The notes beneath the pieces are model-generated. The model was given only the letters and a program-made list of their open reading frames with translations, ran no database searches and was not told the origin of the DNA. DNA of 62,417 bases, the filler included, from Babesia bigemina (lineage: Eukaryota), in assembly GCF_000981445.1 (NCBI RefSeq). It is 10 parts of 10 records of this genome, joined end to end, with 100 filler letters (N's around TTAATTAATTAA, not from the genome) between each part and the next. Parts side by side here need not be neighbours in the genome. Positions count along the whole stretch, not along the records: positions 1 to 11,689 come from NW_012237089.1; positions 11,790 to 21,410 come from NW_012237092.1; positions 21,511 to 24,508 come from NW_012237093.1; 7 more parts are not named here. One strand, given 5' to 3'. A program made the translations under genes and the position numbers. Shown one piece after another: positions 8,962 to 22,236 of this stretch (position 1 is the first letter of the stretch; every line of letters starts with the position of its first letter).

Positions 8962-10615
8962 GTGCTGACCAACGTGCTGACCAACGTGCTGACCAACGTG
9001 CTGACCAAGGTCGTGACCAAAGTGCTGACCAAGGTGCTGACCAAAGTGCTGACCAAAGTGCTGACCAAAGTGCTGACCAAAGTGGTGACAAACGTGCTGA
9101 CCAACGTGCTGACCAAAGTGGTGACCTAGCACCTTACCAAAGTGTTGACCAAAGTGGTGACCAAGTTGATGGTCACGGCAGCGATGACATGGTTACGGCA
9201 GCGATGACATGGTTACGGCAGCGATGACATGGTTACGGCGGCGGTGACATGGTCACGGCAGCGATGACATGGTCACGGCAGCGATGACATGGCTACGGCA
9301 GCGATGTCATGGTCACGGCAGCGATGACATGGACACGGCAGCGATTACATGGTCACGGCAGCGATGACATGGACACAGCAGCGATGACAGTTGATGGACA
9401 CGGCAGCGGTGACATGGTTACCAACGTGGTGATTATTACCCACTCTACATCGCTCCCTAACCCACTCTACATCGCCCCTTAACCCACTCTACATCGCCCC
9501 TTAACCCACTCTACATCGCTCCCTAACCCACTCTACATCGCTCCTTTATCCACTCTACGTCGCTCCTATACCCACTCTACATCGCCCCTTAATCCACTCT
9601 ACATCGCTCCTTAATCCACTCTACACCGCCCCTTTATCCACTCCACATCGCTCTTTAACGCACTCTACATCGCTCCCTAACCCACTCTACATCGCTCCTT
9701 TATCCACTCTACATCGCTCCCTAACCCACTCTACATCGCTCCCTAATCCACTCTACATCGCTCCCTAATCCACTCTACATCGCCCCTTTATCCACTCTTC
9801 ATCGCTCCTTTACCCACTCCACATCGCCCCTTAACCCACTCTACATCGCTCCCTAACCCACTCTACATCGCTCCCTAACCCACTCTACATCACCCCTTTA
9901 CCCACTCTACATCACCCCTTTACCCACTCCACATCGCTCCTTAACCCACTCTACATCGCCCCTTAACCCACTCTACATCGCCCCTTTATCCACTCCACAT
10001 CGCTCCTTTATCCACTCTACATCGCTCCTTTATCCACTCTACATCGCTCCTTAACCCACTCTACATCGCTCCTTATCCACTCTACATCGCCCCTTTATCC
10101 ACTCTACATCGCCCCTTTACCCACTCTACATCGCCCCTTTATCCACTCTACATCGCCCCTTTATCCACTCTACATCGCCCCTTATCCACTCTACATCGCT
10201 CCCTTATCCACTCCACATCGCTCCTTTATCCACTCTACATCGCCCCTTTATCCACTCTACATCGCTCCCTTATGCACTCTACATCGCTCCTTAACCCACT
10301 CTACATCGCCCCTTTACCCACTCTACATCGCTCCTTAACCCACTCTACATCGCCCCTTTACCCACTCTACATCGCTCCCTAACCCACTCTACATCGCCCC
10401 TTTACCCACTCTACATCGCTCCCTAATCCACTCAACATCGCTTCCTTATCCACTCTACATCGCTCCTTTATCCACTCTACATCGTCCCTTTATCCACTCT
10501 ACATCGCCCCTTTATCCACTCTACATCGCTCCCTTATCCATCCTACATCGCTCCCTAACCCACTCTACATCGCCCCTTTACCCACTCTACATCGCCCTTT
10601 TATCCACTCTACACC
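8962..10615 (+). repeat. Tri-satellite spacer: 12-bp (8962-9165), 20-bp (9170-9422), 22-bp (9437-10615)
   Basis: Same three units in the same order as 2033-3480. Confidence 0.95.
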
Positions 10616-10643
10616 CCTCGAATTACCTCGCCATAATACCGCT

Positions 10644-11689
10644 ATGACCTCCCTAAACTACAATAATAACTTGTGCCTTGTCACCCTTCTCTTCCCCTCT
10701 TCCACCTCCTGCCACAGCCCTGACCATGTGCCGCTCAGGGAGCTTGGCAAGAAATTTGACAAAATTTAAAACCTTAAAAATAACCTAAATAATAACCCCA
10801 CTAACATCCTTAATAACTTTTGTGACGGCCTCGAAACTTTCCTCGGCTTCAACTCTGAGTCCAAAGGCTACGACGGCACTGGGATTGTGTACTCAGACCT
10901 GGATAGGCTGTGTGACGGGGTGATGGGATTTTTGTATTATTTGCTTAAGGATGTCAGCGAGAAACAGCCTTACAAGGTGGGTAAAAATGACTTAAAACAG
11001 TTTGTTGACACTGTACTTTTTAAGAAATTATCCACCGGGCGTAAGGGTTTTGAGGTCATTGAGCGGGTGGCGGGGAAGGTGGGGGAGTATAATGGTAAAG
11101 TAAAAACGTCGAATGAAAATGTTACCAGGCCTATAATTAAGCTTCGAGCAGACATGGAGAAACTTGAAAATGAGGTAAGTAAAATTTTAGAAAATGACGC
11201 TGTTTCAGGTGCGACCAAGAAATCCGTACAGGCTGTGACGTACAGTGAGGAGCAGGTCAAGCAAGCTGTTATCGACATTAATAAATTACTTAACGATTGT
11301 AAATTTCATGGTAAAGATTATAACAATCATTTAGACATGGCGCACAATAGTGAGAACATGAAAAACGCAATTAATGATCTTAATTTTAAATTACGTGACC
11401 GTGTTCTTATAGCCACTAAGGCAGTGAAACATGAGAGTCAACGACTCAACGAGTTGTCAGATAAAGCGTGGGCAGACTTCAGAAGTATGAAGAAGTGTAT
11501 CAGTCGTGAAATGCAGAGTCTTAATAAGAGCGTGAATCTAACAATCAGTGAGCGAATAGGAATGCTGCTAGACGATGTGAATCAGAAAGCGACAGATATT
11601 CTTAGACAGTTACATGAGATGAGAAAGAAGTTCCAGGATTACGTCCTTAAGTTAAACGACTGGATTGTGGCTGCCAAAAAGTCAGAGGG
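10644..11689 (+). CDS. ves1: ves-like gene 5' part, cut by contig end; in-frame TAA at 10767-10769, next in-frame ATG at 10923
   Basis: Conserved leader plus LETFLGFN...YSDLDRLCDGVMGFL. Confidence 0.75.
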
Positions 11690-11789
11690 NNNNNNNNNNN
11701 NNNNNNNNNNNNNNNNNNNNNNNNNNNNNNNNNTTAATTAATTAANNNNNNNNNNNNNNNNNNNNNNNNNNNNNNNNNNNNNNNNNNNN
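11690..11789. other. Artificial contig linker (N50-like/TTAATTAATTAA/N); also at about 21411, 24509, 30944, 35154, 38610, 43111, 45309 and 55629
   Basis: Identical ~100-nt N pads with a six-frame stop cassette. Confidence 0.97.
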
Positions 11790-14700
11790 CCATTATGACG
11801 TCTGTCTAACTCACCATTTTGCGTGTCTTTATCAGCAGACAATACATAACCGCGACGCTGTACCAGTTTCCTAGAGGGTTATCGTTCCTTGTTTTCTTAT
11901 TGTTATCCCAGTCATACAAACAAATTTGACTTTTGTTGGAGTTAGTCCTACACGTTTCTCTCAACTTGTCCATATCTCTATACAACCTCTCCAGAATTGT
12001 AAAAAATATCTTAGCACAATTTTTTCCATCATCCGTAACTTTTTTCGTGTTTACACCGATCATTATAACGTTATCTGACCCATCATACCCGTTCACATAC
12101 ACCCGCTCCATCTGCTCGACAACCCCCTGCAGCCCCTTTTTGACCGCATCGAGCAGCTCCGGGTGCCGGGGGTTGGCGAAGGCGGAGGGGTGGAGAGAGG
12201 TGAGGGAGGAGGAGAGGGTGGAGAGGAGGGAGGTGAAAGTGTGGTCGTAATTATATATTTTAGAGTCATTTTCATTCGTGAGGTGTTTAATCAAGACGTT
12301 GAATTTATCGTTGACATGATCGAGGTTATTAACGTCGGGGTGTACTTCGTCGATGACGTACTTCAGTAAAGGATCAAAATACCTGTTGACATATGTAGAT
12401 GCGTCCTTCAATTCGATTTGAATAGGCATCTGCGAAAGGTTAGCATAATGTCTATCCATATTCCAAAGCAAACGTTTAATTCCTCTCGAAGCATCGTTGT
12501 CCATTGTGGCTGTAATGTCGTCGCACCGCCTTTCCACGACAGTTTTAAGAGCCGATAGGTCCGCTATTTTCTGCTCGGCAAATAATTTCCGAACGTCAGC
12601 AGTTACGGAATCAAAAGCATTTTTGGCGATGTAAAGTAGGTCATGTTTGAGAGTTTGGACGGCGTCCATAGCAGTGTGATAGGCATGATTGTAAGCATGC
12701 TTTACTGCACTTATGGCCGTTGTTAACGCATCGAAGGCATTCTTAATATTTTGGTTGATGTCGTAAATAAGTCCATTCAATTGATTCTTCAACCTTTCCA
12801 TAAGCTCTTCGACCTCTCCCCTTTTTTCATCCACTTTTTGGGGAACCGTCTCCAGATCCTTAATTAACGCAAGGACGGAGTTAATGGCGTTTTGTATTCT
12901 TCCTGTATTTGTTATCTCATCGATATGCAGCGAGTTCAGAGCCAATAGGATCTGCGTTAGTTCGCCATCGATCTTCTCGGTTTGCAGAGTGGTGAGGTGC
13001 GTATCCATGTAGTGCGCAGTTTTCTCCAATGCTGTCGTCAGCTTATTAAGATTTTTTTCAATAGCTTCCGACCATCTTCCCAGCTCAGTATTCGTACCAT
13101 CTACGTTGAGAGCATTAACGGATGTTGTGATGGCAGTAATGGCGTGATTTAATCCCCTTTTTTTCTCCTCATAGTTATCAATACCTTTCATTGACCCGCC
13201 TGGGATTTTCGCAATACCAGTAACCTTCGTTTTGACAGCCTCAATCGCTTTGTCAATATCTTCAGCGGGATTAGTATCGCCTGAGCTCTGCACCGTTTGT
13301 TGAAGCTGACTATTAAGCTGCGTAGCGTCTACAAATGTCTGTTTTAAGATATGTATCATTTTGGAATCTTCAGCGAAAGATTCTACAGCTGTTGCAGTCT
13401 GTCTGGCCACGCCGACTAGTTGGTAGAGAGTGAGTTGGATAGCACGATAAAGACTGGAACTATTTTTCGACTCGGCTGCATTCTTGTTTATTGTAGTCTC
13501 GACATGTGACCTCATGGCATGACACTTATTCGTAATCCCTTTTCCAAGCGACTTGGCAAAGGCGTCGCAAACAGCTTTTACATCAACAATGTTTTGTTGA
13601 AGTGTTTCAGCCGCGTCTTTTTTAGCTACTGATTTTGCTTGACCGATTTTTCCCAAAAAGTTTTCCCTCCAGTGAATTTAAAAATTTCGGAAAATTTTGT
13701 TTGTTTCCTTGACCCTTCTGCCAGGAATTATAACCATTGTTTAAATACTTCTTATTATCATCTTCTCCAAGATAGTCATCAAGCAATTCTTTAACTGGTT
13801 CGTTTTCTAATATTCCATCGATCCACACGTCCAGAATTTTCTCCTCAAACCGAGACTGCGTGAACGTCGTTGCATAGCTCTTAATCCCACTATCGATCCC
13901 CTTGAGCCCTGACTCTCCCGCCATCCCGCCAACCTCTCCTCCAATATGCGAAAATATTCCATGTATGGAATCTTTGTTTCTGGCATTACTGAACATTGCT
14001 CCAAGCACTCCGATCTTTTTATTTACATCAGCTACCGCACCTTTAACGTCGTCTCTAACCTTCACTAATTTAGATTGGTAAACTTTTTCCAAATCGTTCA
14101 TTGCTATTGACGCTGTCTTAGCCCTCTCGAGTATTTCATGTTTCAAGTCAGCTATATGTTTCTGAAGTACCCTCTCCCACTGTTTCATCTCGGCTGCTTT
14201 TGCTCCGATGGTGTATCCACTCTGCTTCCACAACTCCTTACTAAGCATTTTGTCGACATATATACTCCTTATGTAATTAATTAGCTTATGTACGCCACTT
14301 ATCCACTTTCTTAATCGTTCAACATAGCCCTCCAATTCGCCTCCCACTGAAAGCACCGCCGTTTTGATTGCGCTAACATCCTGACGGAACCTTGATTTAC
14401 CACCAGAGGCACCAGCAATCTCATCGTGAGGATTGATATCTTTAATTTCCTTTTTAACGGCTGACATCACATCTGTAATCACATCCTTGTACGTTCTGTC
14501 GAAGTTCTTAACGTGGCTAATGGCGAAATCAACCGCCACTCTGATATGTCCAAACCTCTCTTCGTTAGCCACAGTCAGCTCATTTATTTTCTTTTCTAGC
14601 TCACTGAACTCAGTATGCAATATGTATTTCACATTGTCTGTGCCATCGTTTATGGCCTTATTGACATTCTCCCTGTGCCATTCCAACTGCTTATCAACAT

Positions 14701-15475
14701 ACGCCGCCTGTCTCTTGAAATCCTCCTTGCCAGCGCTCTCCTGCAACGACCAAATTGCACTTCTAATTGTTTTCACCTCACGCATCACATCACGTTTTAA
14801 TGTACTATCTAGCATATTAACATATGAGTTATCAATGGTATTAACGTCCAGCTCGATGTCATTGAGGGTTGTCTTCCACTTGGTCAACTGGTCCTCCAGT
14901 TTCTTGTCGGCGTTACCTGCAACATCATGAGTGTATTTACCTGCAATTTCATCTTTCAACCTACCTAAATTGCCGGTAACTGTACTAGTTCGCTTACCTG
15001 ATTCAAGGAGATATTTCCCCAACCACTCCCTCACCGCGTCGACAGACGCCGCAAGCCCATTACGCCCGGAGCCAATTTTAGTAGTTAAGGTGTCTAGTAC
15101 TTTTTGAAGTTTATTAGTATCAGGCATGTAATCATCATAAGTTGTCACTTCATTTTCGTTTTTCACCGCACCAAGCACACCACTCAAAAATCCCATCACC
15201 CCGTCACACAGCCTGTCCAAGTCAGAATACACAATGCCAGTGCCATTGTAGCCTTTGGACTCTTTGTTGAAGCCGAGGAAAGTCTGAAGGCCAGAGCAGA
15301 GGTTATTAAGGATGTTAGTAGGGTTGTTATTTGAGGTAATTTCGCACATTTTATTTTCATCAAATTTCTTGTCAAGCTCACTAGGCGGCACATGGTCAGG
15401 GCAGTGACAAGCGGTGGAAAAAGGGAAGGGAAGGGTGACAAGGCACAAGTTATTGTGATGGTTTATAGAGGTCAT
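11790..15475 (-). CDS. ves1: ves-like gene with fully open leader; frameshifted near 13650 and 11861; 3' end cut by contig end
   Basis: ORFs 13622-15475 and 11806-13656 overlap by 35 nt in different frames. A shifted frame after NPLGNW reads QRRGYVLSADKDTQNGELDRR, matching the 46422 paralogue. Confidence 0.75.
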
Positions 15476-15504
15476 AGCGGTATTATGGCAAGGTAATTGG
15501 AGGA

Positions 15505-17628
15505 ATGTAGAGTGGATGAAGGGGCGATGTAGAGTGGATTAGGGAGCGATGTAGAGTGGATAAGGGAGCGATGCAGAGTGGATTAGGGAGCGATGTAGAG
15601 TGGGTTATGGAGCGATGTGGAGTGTGTTAAGGGGCGATGTAAGGTGGATAAGGGAGCGATGTAGAGTGGTTAAAGGGGCGATGTAGAGTGGATAAGGGGC
15701 GATGTAGAGTGGATAAAGGGGCGATGTAGAGTGGGTTAAGGGGCGATGTAGAGTGGGTAAAGGGGCGATGTGGAGTGGGTAAAGGGGCGATGTAGAGTGG
15801 GTAAAGGGGCGATGTAGAGTGGGTAAAGGGGCGATGTAGAGTGGATAAGGGAGCGATGTAGAGTGGATAAGGGAGCGATGTGGAGTGGGTTAGGGAGCGA
15901 TGTGGAGTGGGTTAGGGAGCGATGTAGAGTGGGTTAAGGGGCGATGTGGAGTGGGTTAAGGGGCGATGTGGAGTGGATAAGGGAGCGATGTAGAGTGGAT
16001 AAGGGAGCGATGTAGAGTGGGTAAGGGAGCGATGTAGAGTGGGTTAAGGAGCGATGTAGCGTGGGTTAGGGAGCGATGTGGAGTGGGTAAAGGGGCGATG
16101 TGGAGTGGATAAAGGGGCGATGTAGCGTGGATAAAGGGGCGATGTGGAGTGGATAAAGGGGCGATGTAGAGTGGATTAGGGAGCGATGTAGAGTGGATAA
16201 GGGAGCGATGCAGAGTGGATTAGGGAGCGATGTAGAGTGGGTTATGGAGCGATGTGGAGTGTGTTAAGGGGCGATGTAAGGTGGATAAGGGAGCGATGTA
16301 GAGTGGTTAAAGGGGCGATGTAGAGTGGATAAGGGGCGATGTAGAGTGGATAAAGGGGCGATGTAGAGTGGGTAAAGGGACGATGTAGAGTGGATAAAGG
16401 GGCGATGTAGAGTGGGTTAGGGAGCGATGTAGAGTGGATAAAGGAGCGATGTGGAGTGGGTAAGGGGCGATGTGGAGTGGGTAAGGGAGCGATGTGGAGT
16501 GGGTTAAGGAGCGATGTAGAGTGGATAAAGGAGCGATGTGGAGTGGATAAAGGGGCGATGTATGGTGGAGTAAGGGGCGATGTGGAGTGGGTTAAGGAGC
16601 GATGTGGAGTGGATAAAGGGGCGATGTAGAGTGGATTAAGGCGCGATGTAGAGTGGGTTAAGGGGCGATGTAGAGTGGGTTAGGGAGCGATGTGGAGTGG
16701 TTTAAGGGGCGATGAAGAGTGGATTAAGGCGCGATGTGGAGTGGGTAAAGGGGCGATGTAGAGTGGGTTAAGGGGCGATGTAGAGTGGATAAGGGAGCGA
16801 TGTAGAGTGGGTAAAGGAGCGATGTAGAGTGGATGATAAATACCACTTAGCTCACCACTGTCATCGCTGCCGTGACCATGTCATCGCTGCCGTGACCATG
16901 TCATCGCTGCCGTAGCCATGACATCGCTGCTGTGACCATGACATCGCTGCTGTGACCATGTCATCGCTGCCTTGACCATGTCATCGCTGCCGTGACCATG
17001 TCATCGCTGCCGTGACCATGTCATCGCTGCCTTGACCATGTCGTCGCTGCCGTGACCATGTCATCGCTGCCGTGACCATGTCATCGCTGCCGTGACCATG
17101 TCATCGCTGCCGTGACCATGTCATCGCTGCCGTGTCAATGTCATCGCCGCCGTAACCATGTCATCGCTGCCGTGACCATGTCATCGCTGCCGTGAGCATG
17201 TCATCGCTGCCGTGACCGTGTCATCGCTGCCGTGTCAATGTCATCGCCGCCGTAACCATGTCATCGCTGCCGTAACCATGCCATCGCTGCCGTGACCGTG
17301 TCACCGCTGCTGTGACCATGTCATCGCTGCCGTGACCATGTCATCGCTGCCGTAGCCATGTCATCGCTGCTGTGACCATGTCATCGCTGCCTTGACCATG
17401 TCATCGCTGCCGTGACCTAGTCATCGCTGCTGTGACCAGTTAATCGCTGCCGTAGTCATGTCATCGCTGCCGTAATCACTACCTTGATCAGGTGCTTGGT
17501 CACCACTTTGGTCAACACGTTGGTCAGCACATAGGTCATCACCTTGGTTAGCACATTGGTCAAGACGTTGGTCAACACGTTGGTCAACACTTTGGTCAGC
17601 ACATTGGTCAGCACATTGATCAGCACTT
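15505..17628 (-). repeat. Tri-satellite spacer (22-bp 15505-16832, 20-bp 16860-17475, 12-bp 17485-17628)
   Basis: Reverse complement of the standard spacer, with order preserved relative to the ves sense strand. Confidence 0.95.
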
Positions 17629-17751
17629 TAGTTAACTACTACACAATCACATACAACGATGAATGAGTGATGCAACAGATTAAAGCACAATTCATAAGTT
17701 AGGTGAGTAGGTGATGCTAGGTGAGTGTAGATAGTAAACACGTGAGTACGA

Positions 17752-20670
17752 TTACGGTTGTAGATAAAACACTCTGTTAAGCTTGTTAACACGTGCGGCG
17801 GCGAGTAGTGATTGAGCAGCTATCCTATGAGATGATGGTGAGTGCAAGTGAGATTTGATGTGGAGGAGGTCGAGGCGGATGACCATGATGTGGAGGAGGT
17901 AGAGGAAGGAGAGGAGCCAGAGGGCGACGGTGGTCCAGAAGAATTTCTGTCGGATGTCCCATAGGAATTGGGGAATGATTTCATGAGCCAATTTATGGAG
18001 TGCGTTATTCTCTTTCACGACGATTTTTAACACCTTACAGAAATCGTGGCACGTACGTTTTGTCGTTTCCGATTTTTCGCCGCTTAATGAAAATGGACTT
18101 CCAAATGTGAAGCCATATTTGTATAGTGTTGGATGAGTAGACGGGCATTTTAAAATTGAGCTACAGGAGGCATGGTGTTTGGCAATTTCAGACATTGGCA
18201 GCCTTTGTGTATCACAGCCGTCAGGGCATTTACCCGTACGACACTTTGGCTTATCATCGCCGCACTTACTACTGCACTCGTCGTACAGCTTTTTAAGCAG
18301 ATCGTAGAATGTTTCAGTAATGTATACAACCCATGATAGATATCTATCCGCGTGTTCTTTGGAATACTTTACACGGGTATCATCGCAAATAGCCTGCAAG
18401 TATGCTCCGCATGGATGGACGGGAACGTCACTGTCAGTTTTGCATTCAATGAGTGAGAAGAGGTCACCGGTGAGATGCTTGCCATTTGTGTGATTACTGC
18501 TCTGTTGTATCGAAGTAACGGTCAAATTGTCATACTGAACGTCGAAATATGCTTTTTTTACAGCTTCGTTAAATGCATCATGCTTATGCTTTATGCCACC
18601 GCCGCTCCAGCTAGACAGGTATCCCTGGAAAAAACCGAACATATCGCCGAGCGTCTGCGGAGCACGTTGTAACACACATGTTAAGGAAGCGCAAAGTGAA
18701 GCCAAAGGTGCATTCGGCCTACCGCAGAAACGTTCAAGGAGGTCCTTAATACGTTTCCCTTTAGGTGAATGAGAAGCTGTAATAGTAATATCTGAGAAAC
18801 CCATGGGAGTAAGGCATGGTTTACCGAAGTGATTCGGCACAGCGCATTCCAGCTTACACCCAGGTTTTGTAAACGAATGCGGGAGGAAGCCCTGTAATCC
18901 GTCCTCTAAGAATGACTGAAGTGGCGATTTTAGTCCGCAACTAGGATGCCGGTCACACGTTTGGTTATCATTTTGGTTACCTATTTGGTCAGCCCTTTGG
19001 TTGACCATTTGGGGACACGTTTGACCACGGATTTGTTTGGCACATTGCATGGTGTTACAGTTCCATGCTGAGCCACCGACTCCTTTGCCATAATAGCAAT
19101 CTTCCCAGCCACTGCGACCGGTACCGTTCTGACACTGCCTATATAAAAAGCGAAGTTGATGATACACTCTATTCAAGATGTCTGTGAACATATCGAAGCA
19201 GGCACCCGCATTGCTAGGATACGACAAACCGTCGGGATTCGAACGGAACTCAACGGCGTATCTCCCGTCGGCGTCACCCAGACCGAGGATGACAATCAAC
19301 GTATCGTGGGAGTAGAAGCAAACGCTTTTCAGGAGAGCCGCTAAACCGGCATACGTAATTTCAGATGGATATGCTTCTAATTTGTACTTGGCTGGGTTGT
19401 TAATATCTTCGGCCTTTTCAGGCTTTTTGAACAGGTCCTTGATTGACTTGTAAACGGAAGTGAGTGCTGGATTGAGCCACAGGCCGTCGAGCCACTGAAG
19501 CATTTGATATACGTTGGACGGCGTTTTCGGATGTGAAGGGATGTAGTAGTGACATACTCTCCAGTAGCTTTCAAGTTTGCCAAAGAGGAAATGGATAACG
19601 TCCAGTAGAATAATGTTGACTGTGCCCTGTTGTGAAGCACTAGCGGTAACCTTTCTATTCTTCTCCTCTTTCCATGTCCTGAGTGTTTCGATTTTCCCAG
19701 CTTCTTTAATGGCAGAATTAAGTAGCGTCGATTGTATTTGCGCGCCCGTGAACCGCGCCTCGTTCCTCAACTCGCCTTCATGAGAATCCCGCAATTTGGA
19801 AACCACAAAACCACACCCACGCAGAAAAACGCCAAGTGGATTCATGAGGTTATTAGTAACTTCCAAATTTATTAGTTTGGTTACACAAGTACCTTTCGTA
19901 CCACACTTCGCTGTTAACTGCCCAATGTCATGAGTCAGTATCTCTAGTGAAGTCAAAAATACCTTCGAACACTTCCTACCGTAGTCAGTGGATTCGAAAA
20001 TTTGCTTGTTTCCTGAGGTGCTAATTTCGTATTTACCAAGTACCACATCACCTTCAAACTTCTCACTGTCATACCTCGAGATGTACACCTTCCTCAACTC
20101 CTCAATAAATTTGCCCAATCCCTTAACGATACCATCAAGTACCGGGGTGTTCGTGTTTTCAAATCCGTCGGGTATCAGCTGAGATACCGCTGATTCTAGC
20201 TCGTCGAGTTTTTGCGGCACCTGATAGTCATACCGTTTCTCCTTGGTGATGTGGTTGAGTAAATCTTGAAGTGCGGTAAAAATAGTTTCGACCTTATTAA
20301 TATACATACTTTCTCTATCTGGAGGCGTAGGATTTTTCTTTTTGTTCTCCTCGTCATGAACTCTTTTAATTTCTTTCTTGAGATACAGCTGCAATGAGCC
20401 GTAGAACACTCTGAAAACGTAAGATAATTTTGACGCTGTACTATCATCTTTTTGACTCTTAAGTAACTCCATATTACCGTTATTATCACCACCAATTTGT
20501 CTCATCAACCCCTTGAACCCGATAGTCAGATCCCTCTCAATCTCCTCCGGCAACTCCTTCAACTCCTTTTCGACCTTGTCCGCGAACGCGGTGAGGAGGG
20601 ATTTGATGGAGGAGACGTAGTTGCGGCGGGCGGCGGTGGTGAGGGTGGAGAGGGAAGGGAGGGAAGTGAT
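17752..20670 (-). pseudogene. ves1: 5'-truncated ves-like gene (about 970 codons open), type-A tail
   Basis: Cys-rich domain, TM and type-A tail are intact. The frame stays open upstream to a TAA near 20769 with no ATG or N-terminal ves motifs. Confidence 0.7.
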
Positions 20671-20941
20671 GGAGATTAAGATGACGAAAATTTGGTCAAG
20701 TTTGGTTAAGGTAATTTTTTGGAGGCGATTTAGGCAATTTTTAGGGGTCGAAGAAATTTCGCAAAATTAAGTGAAAGGGCAGTCAGGGAGGTAAAGGGAG
20801 GTGAGAAGGGAGGTGAGAAAAGTGATGGACATTAAGATAACAAAAATTTGGTCAATTTTGGTCAAGGTAGTTTTTTGAAGGCGATTTAGGCAACTTTTAG
20901 GGGTCGATGAAATTTCGCAAAATTAGGTGAGAGGGCCAGTC
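20665..20941. repeat. Imperfect direct duplication, period 156 bp
   Basis: AGTGATGGA.ATTAAGAT...AAATTTCGCAAAATTA.GTGA at 20665 and 20821. Confidence 0.8.
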
Positions 20942-21089
20942 GGGGCGATGTAGAGTGGGTATGCGATCGATGTTGAGTCGATAATGGATCTATGTATAAT
21001 GGGATAGGGGCCATGTGCAGTGCATTAAGGATCTACGTACAGTGGGATATGGGGAGTCATAGGAACAACTAGGGTAAGACATTCAAGAA

Positions 21090-21405
21090 CATTATGGGCC
21101 AAGACGGGGGATTTCAGAGGCGTCGGCGAGCTGATAAAGGTAAGCGTGGACAGCATGTCCTCATTGAGAAGGAGGACAAAACTACGGAAATCCCGCATGG
21201 CAAGGGTCCATCGATGATTCAGTGCAAGGGTGTGTCCGCAACACTGTACCAGTTCGGTTTACTGTTTAGGTAACGCGACGACATTGAATAATGAGACATC
21301 GGTTAAGAAGTATTGGGATTTCTGCTATCAGCTGGACAAAGTATGAAATCGGAATATTTCAAAAATGCTATTCAGCGGAAATGTGACAACTGTCATTGGG
21401 TCCAG
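21090..21405 (+). pseudogene. Degenerate ves C-terminal fragment, inverted relative to its neighbour
   Basis: Reads IQCKGVSATLYQFG and GNATTLNNETSVKKYWDFCYQLDKV with frameshifts. Compare VDCKGVSPTLYRYGF...DFCTQLNK in the 46422 gene. Confidence 0.6.
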
Positions 21406-21510
21406 AGGAGNNNNNNNNNNNNNNNNNNNNNNNNNNNNNNNNNNNNNNNNNNNNTTAATTAATTAANNNNNNNNNNNNNNNNNNNNNNNNNNNNNNNNNN
21501 NNNNNNNNNN

Positions 21511-22215
21511 GATCCGGTTCGGATCCGATCCGAATCAGATAGGATCCGATCAGATCAGATCAGATCGGATCCGATCAGATCAGATGCAGATTCAGATCAG
21601 ATCCGATCAGATCAGATTCGATCAGATCGGATCAGATCAGATCGAATCAGATCAGATCAGATGCGATCAGATCAGATCGAAGCCGATCAGATCAGATCAG
21701 ATCAGATCCGATCAGATTCGATCCGATCAGATCAGATTCAGAATCAGATCAGATGAGGATCAGATCAGGATCAGATGCAGAGCAGAATCAGATCAGAATC
21801 AGATCAGAATCAGATGAGAGTCAGATCAGATGCAGATGAGAGCAAGATCAGATGCAGATGCAGATCAGATCAGAATCAGATCAGAATCAGATCAGATGCA
21901 GATCCGAATAAGATGAGAATCAGAGCAGAATAAGATCAGATGCGGAGCAGAATAAGATCAGATGCGGAGCAGAATAAGATCAGAAGCGGAGCAGAATAAG
22001 ATCAGATGCGGAGCAGAATAAGATCAGAAGCGGATCAGAATAAGATCAGAAGCGGAGCAGAATAAGATCAGAAGCGGAGCAGAATAAGATCAGAAGCGGA
22101 TCAGAATAAGATCAGAAGCGGATCAGAATAAGATCAGAAGCGGATCAGAATAAGATCAGAAGCAGATCAGAATAAGATCAGAATCAGATCAGAAGAAGAT
22201 CAGAATCAAGATCAG
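21511..22215 (+). repeat. Subtelomeric (GATCA)n microsatellite grading into a 22-bp unit GCGGAGCAGAATAAGATCAGAA
   Basis: Visible tandem copies. Confidence 0.9.
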
Positions 22216-22236
22216 ATTAAGACCAGAATACGATCA

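Noticed and set aside
11690..11789. TTAATTAATTAA palindromes as recombination or transposon target sites
   Set aside because: Embedded in N runs at every contig join, so they are assembly linkers. Gene order across them is meaningless.
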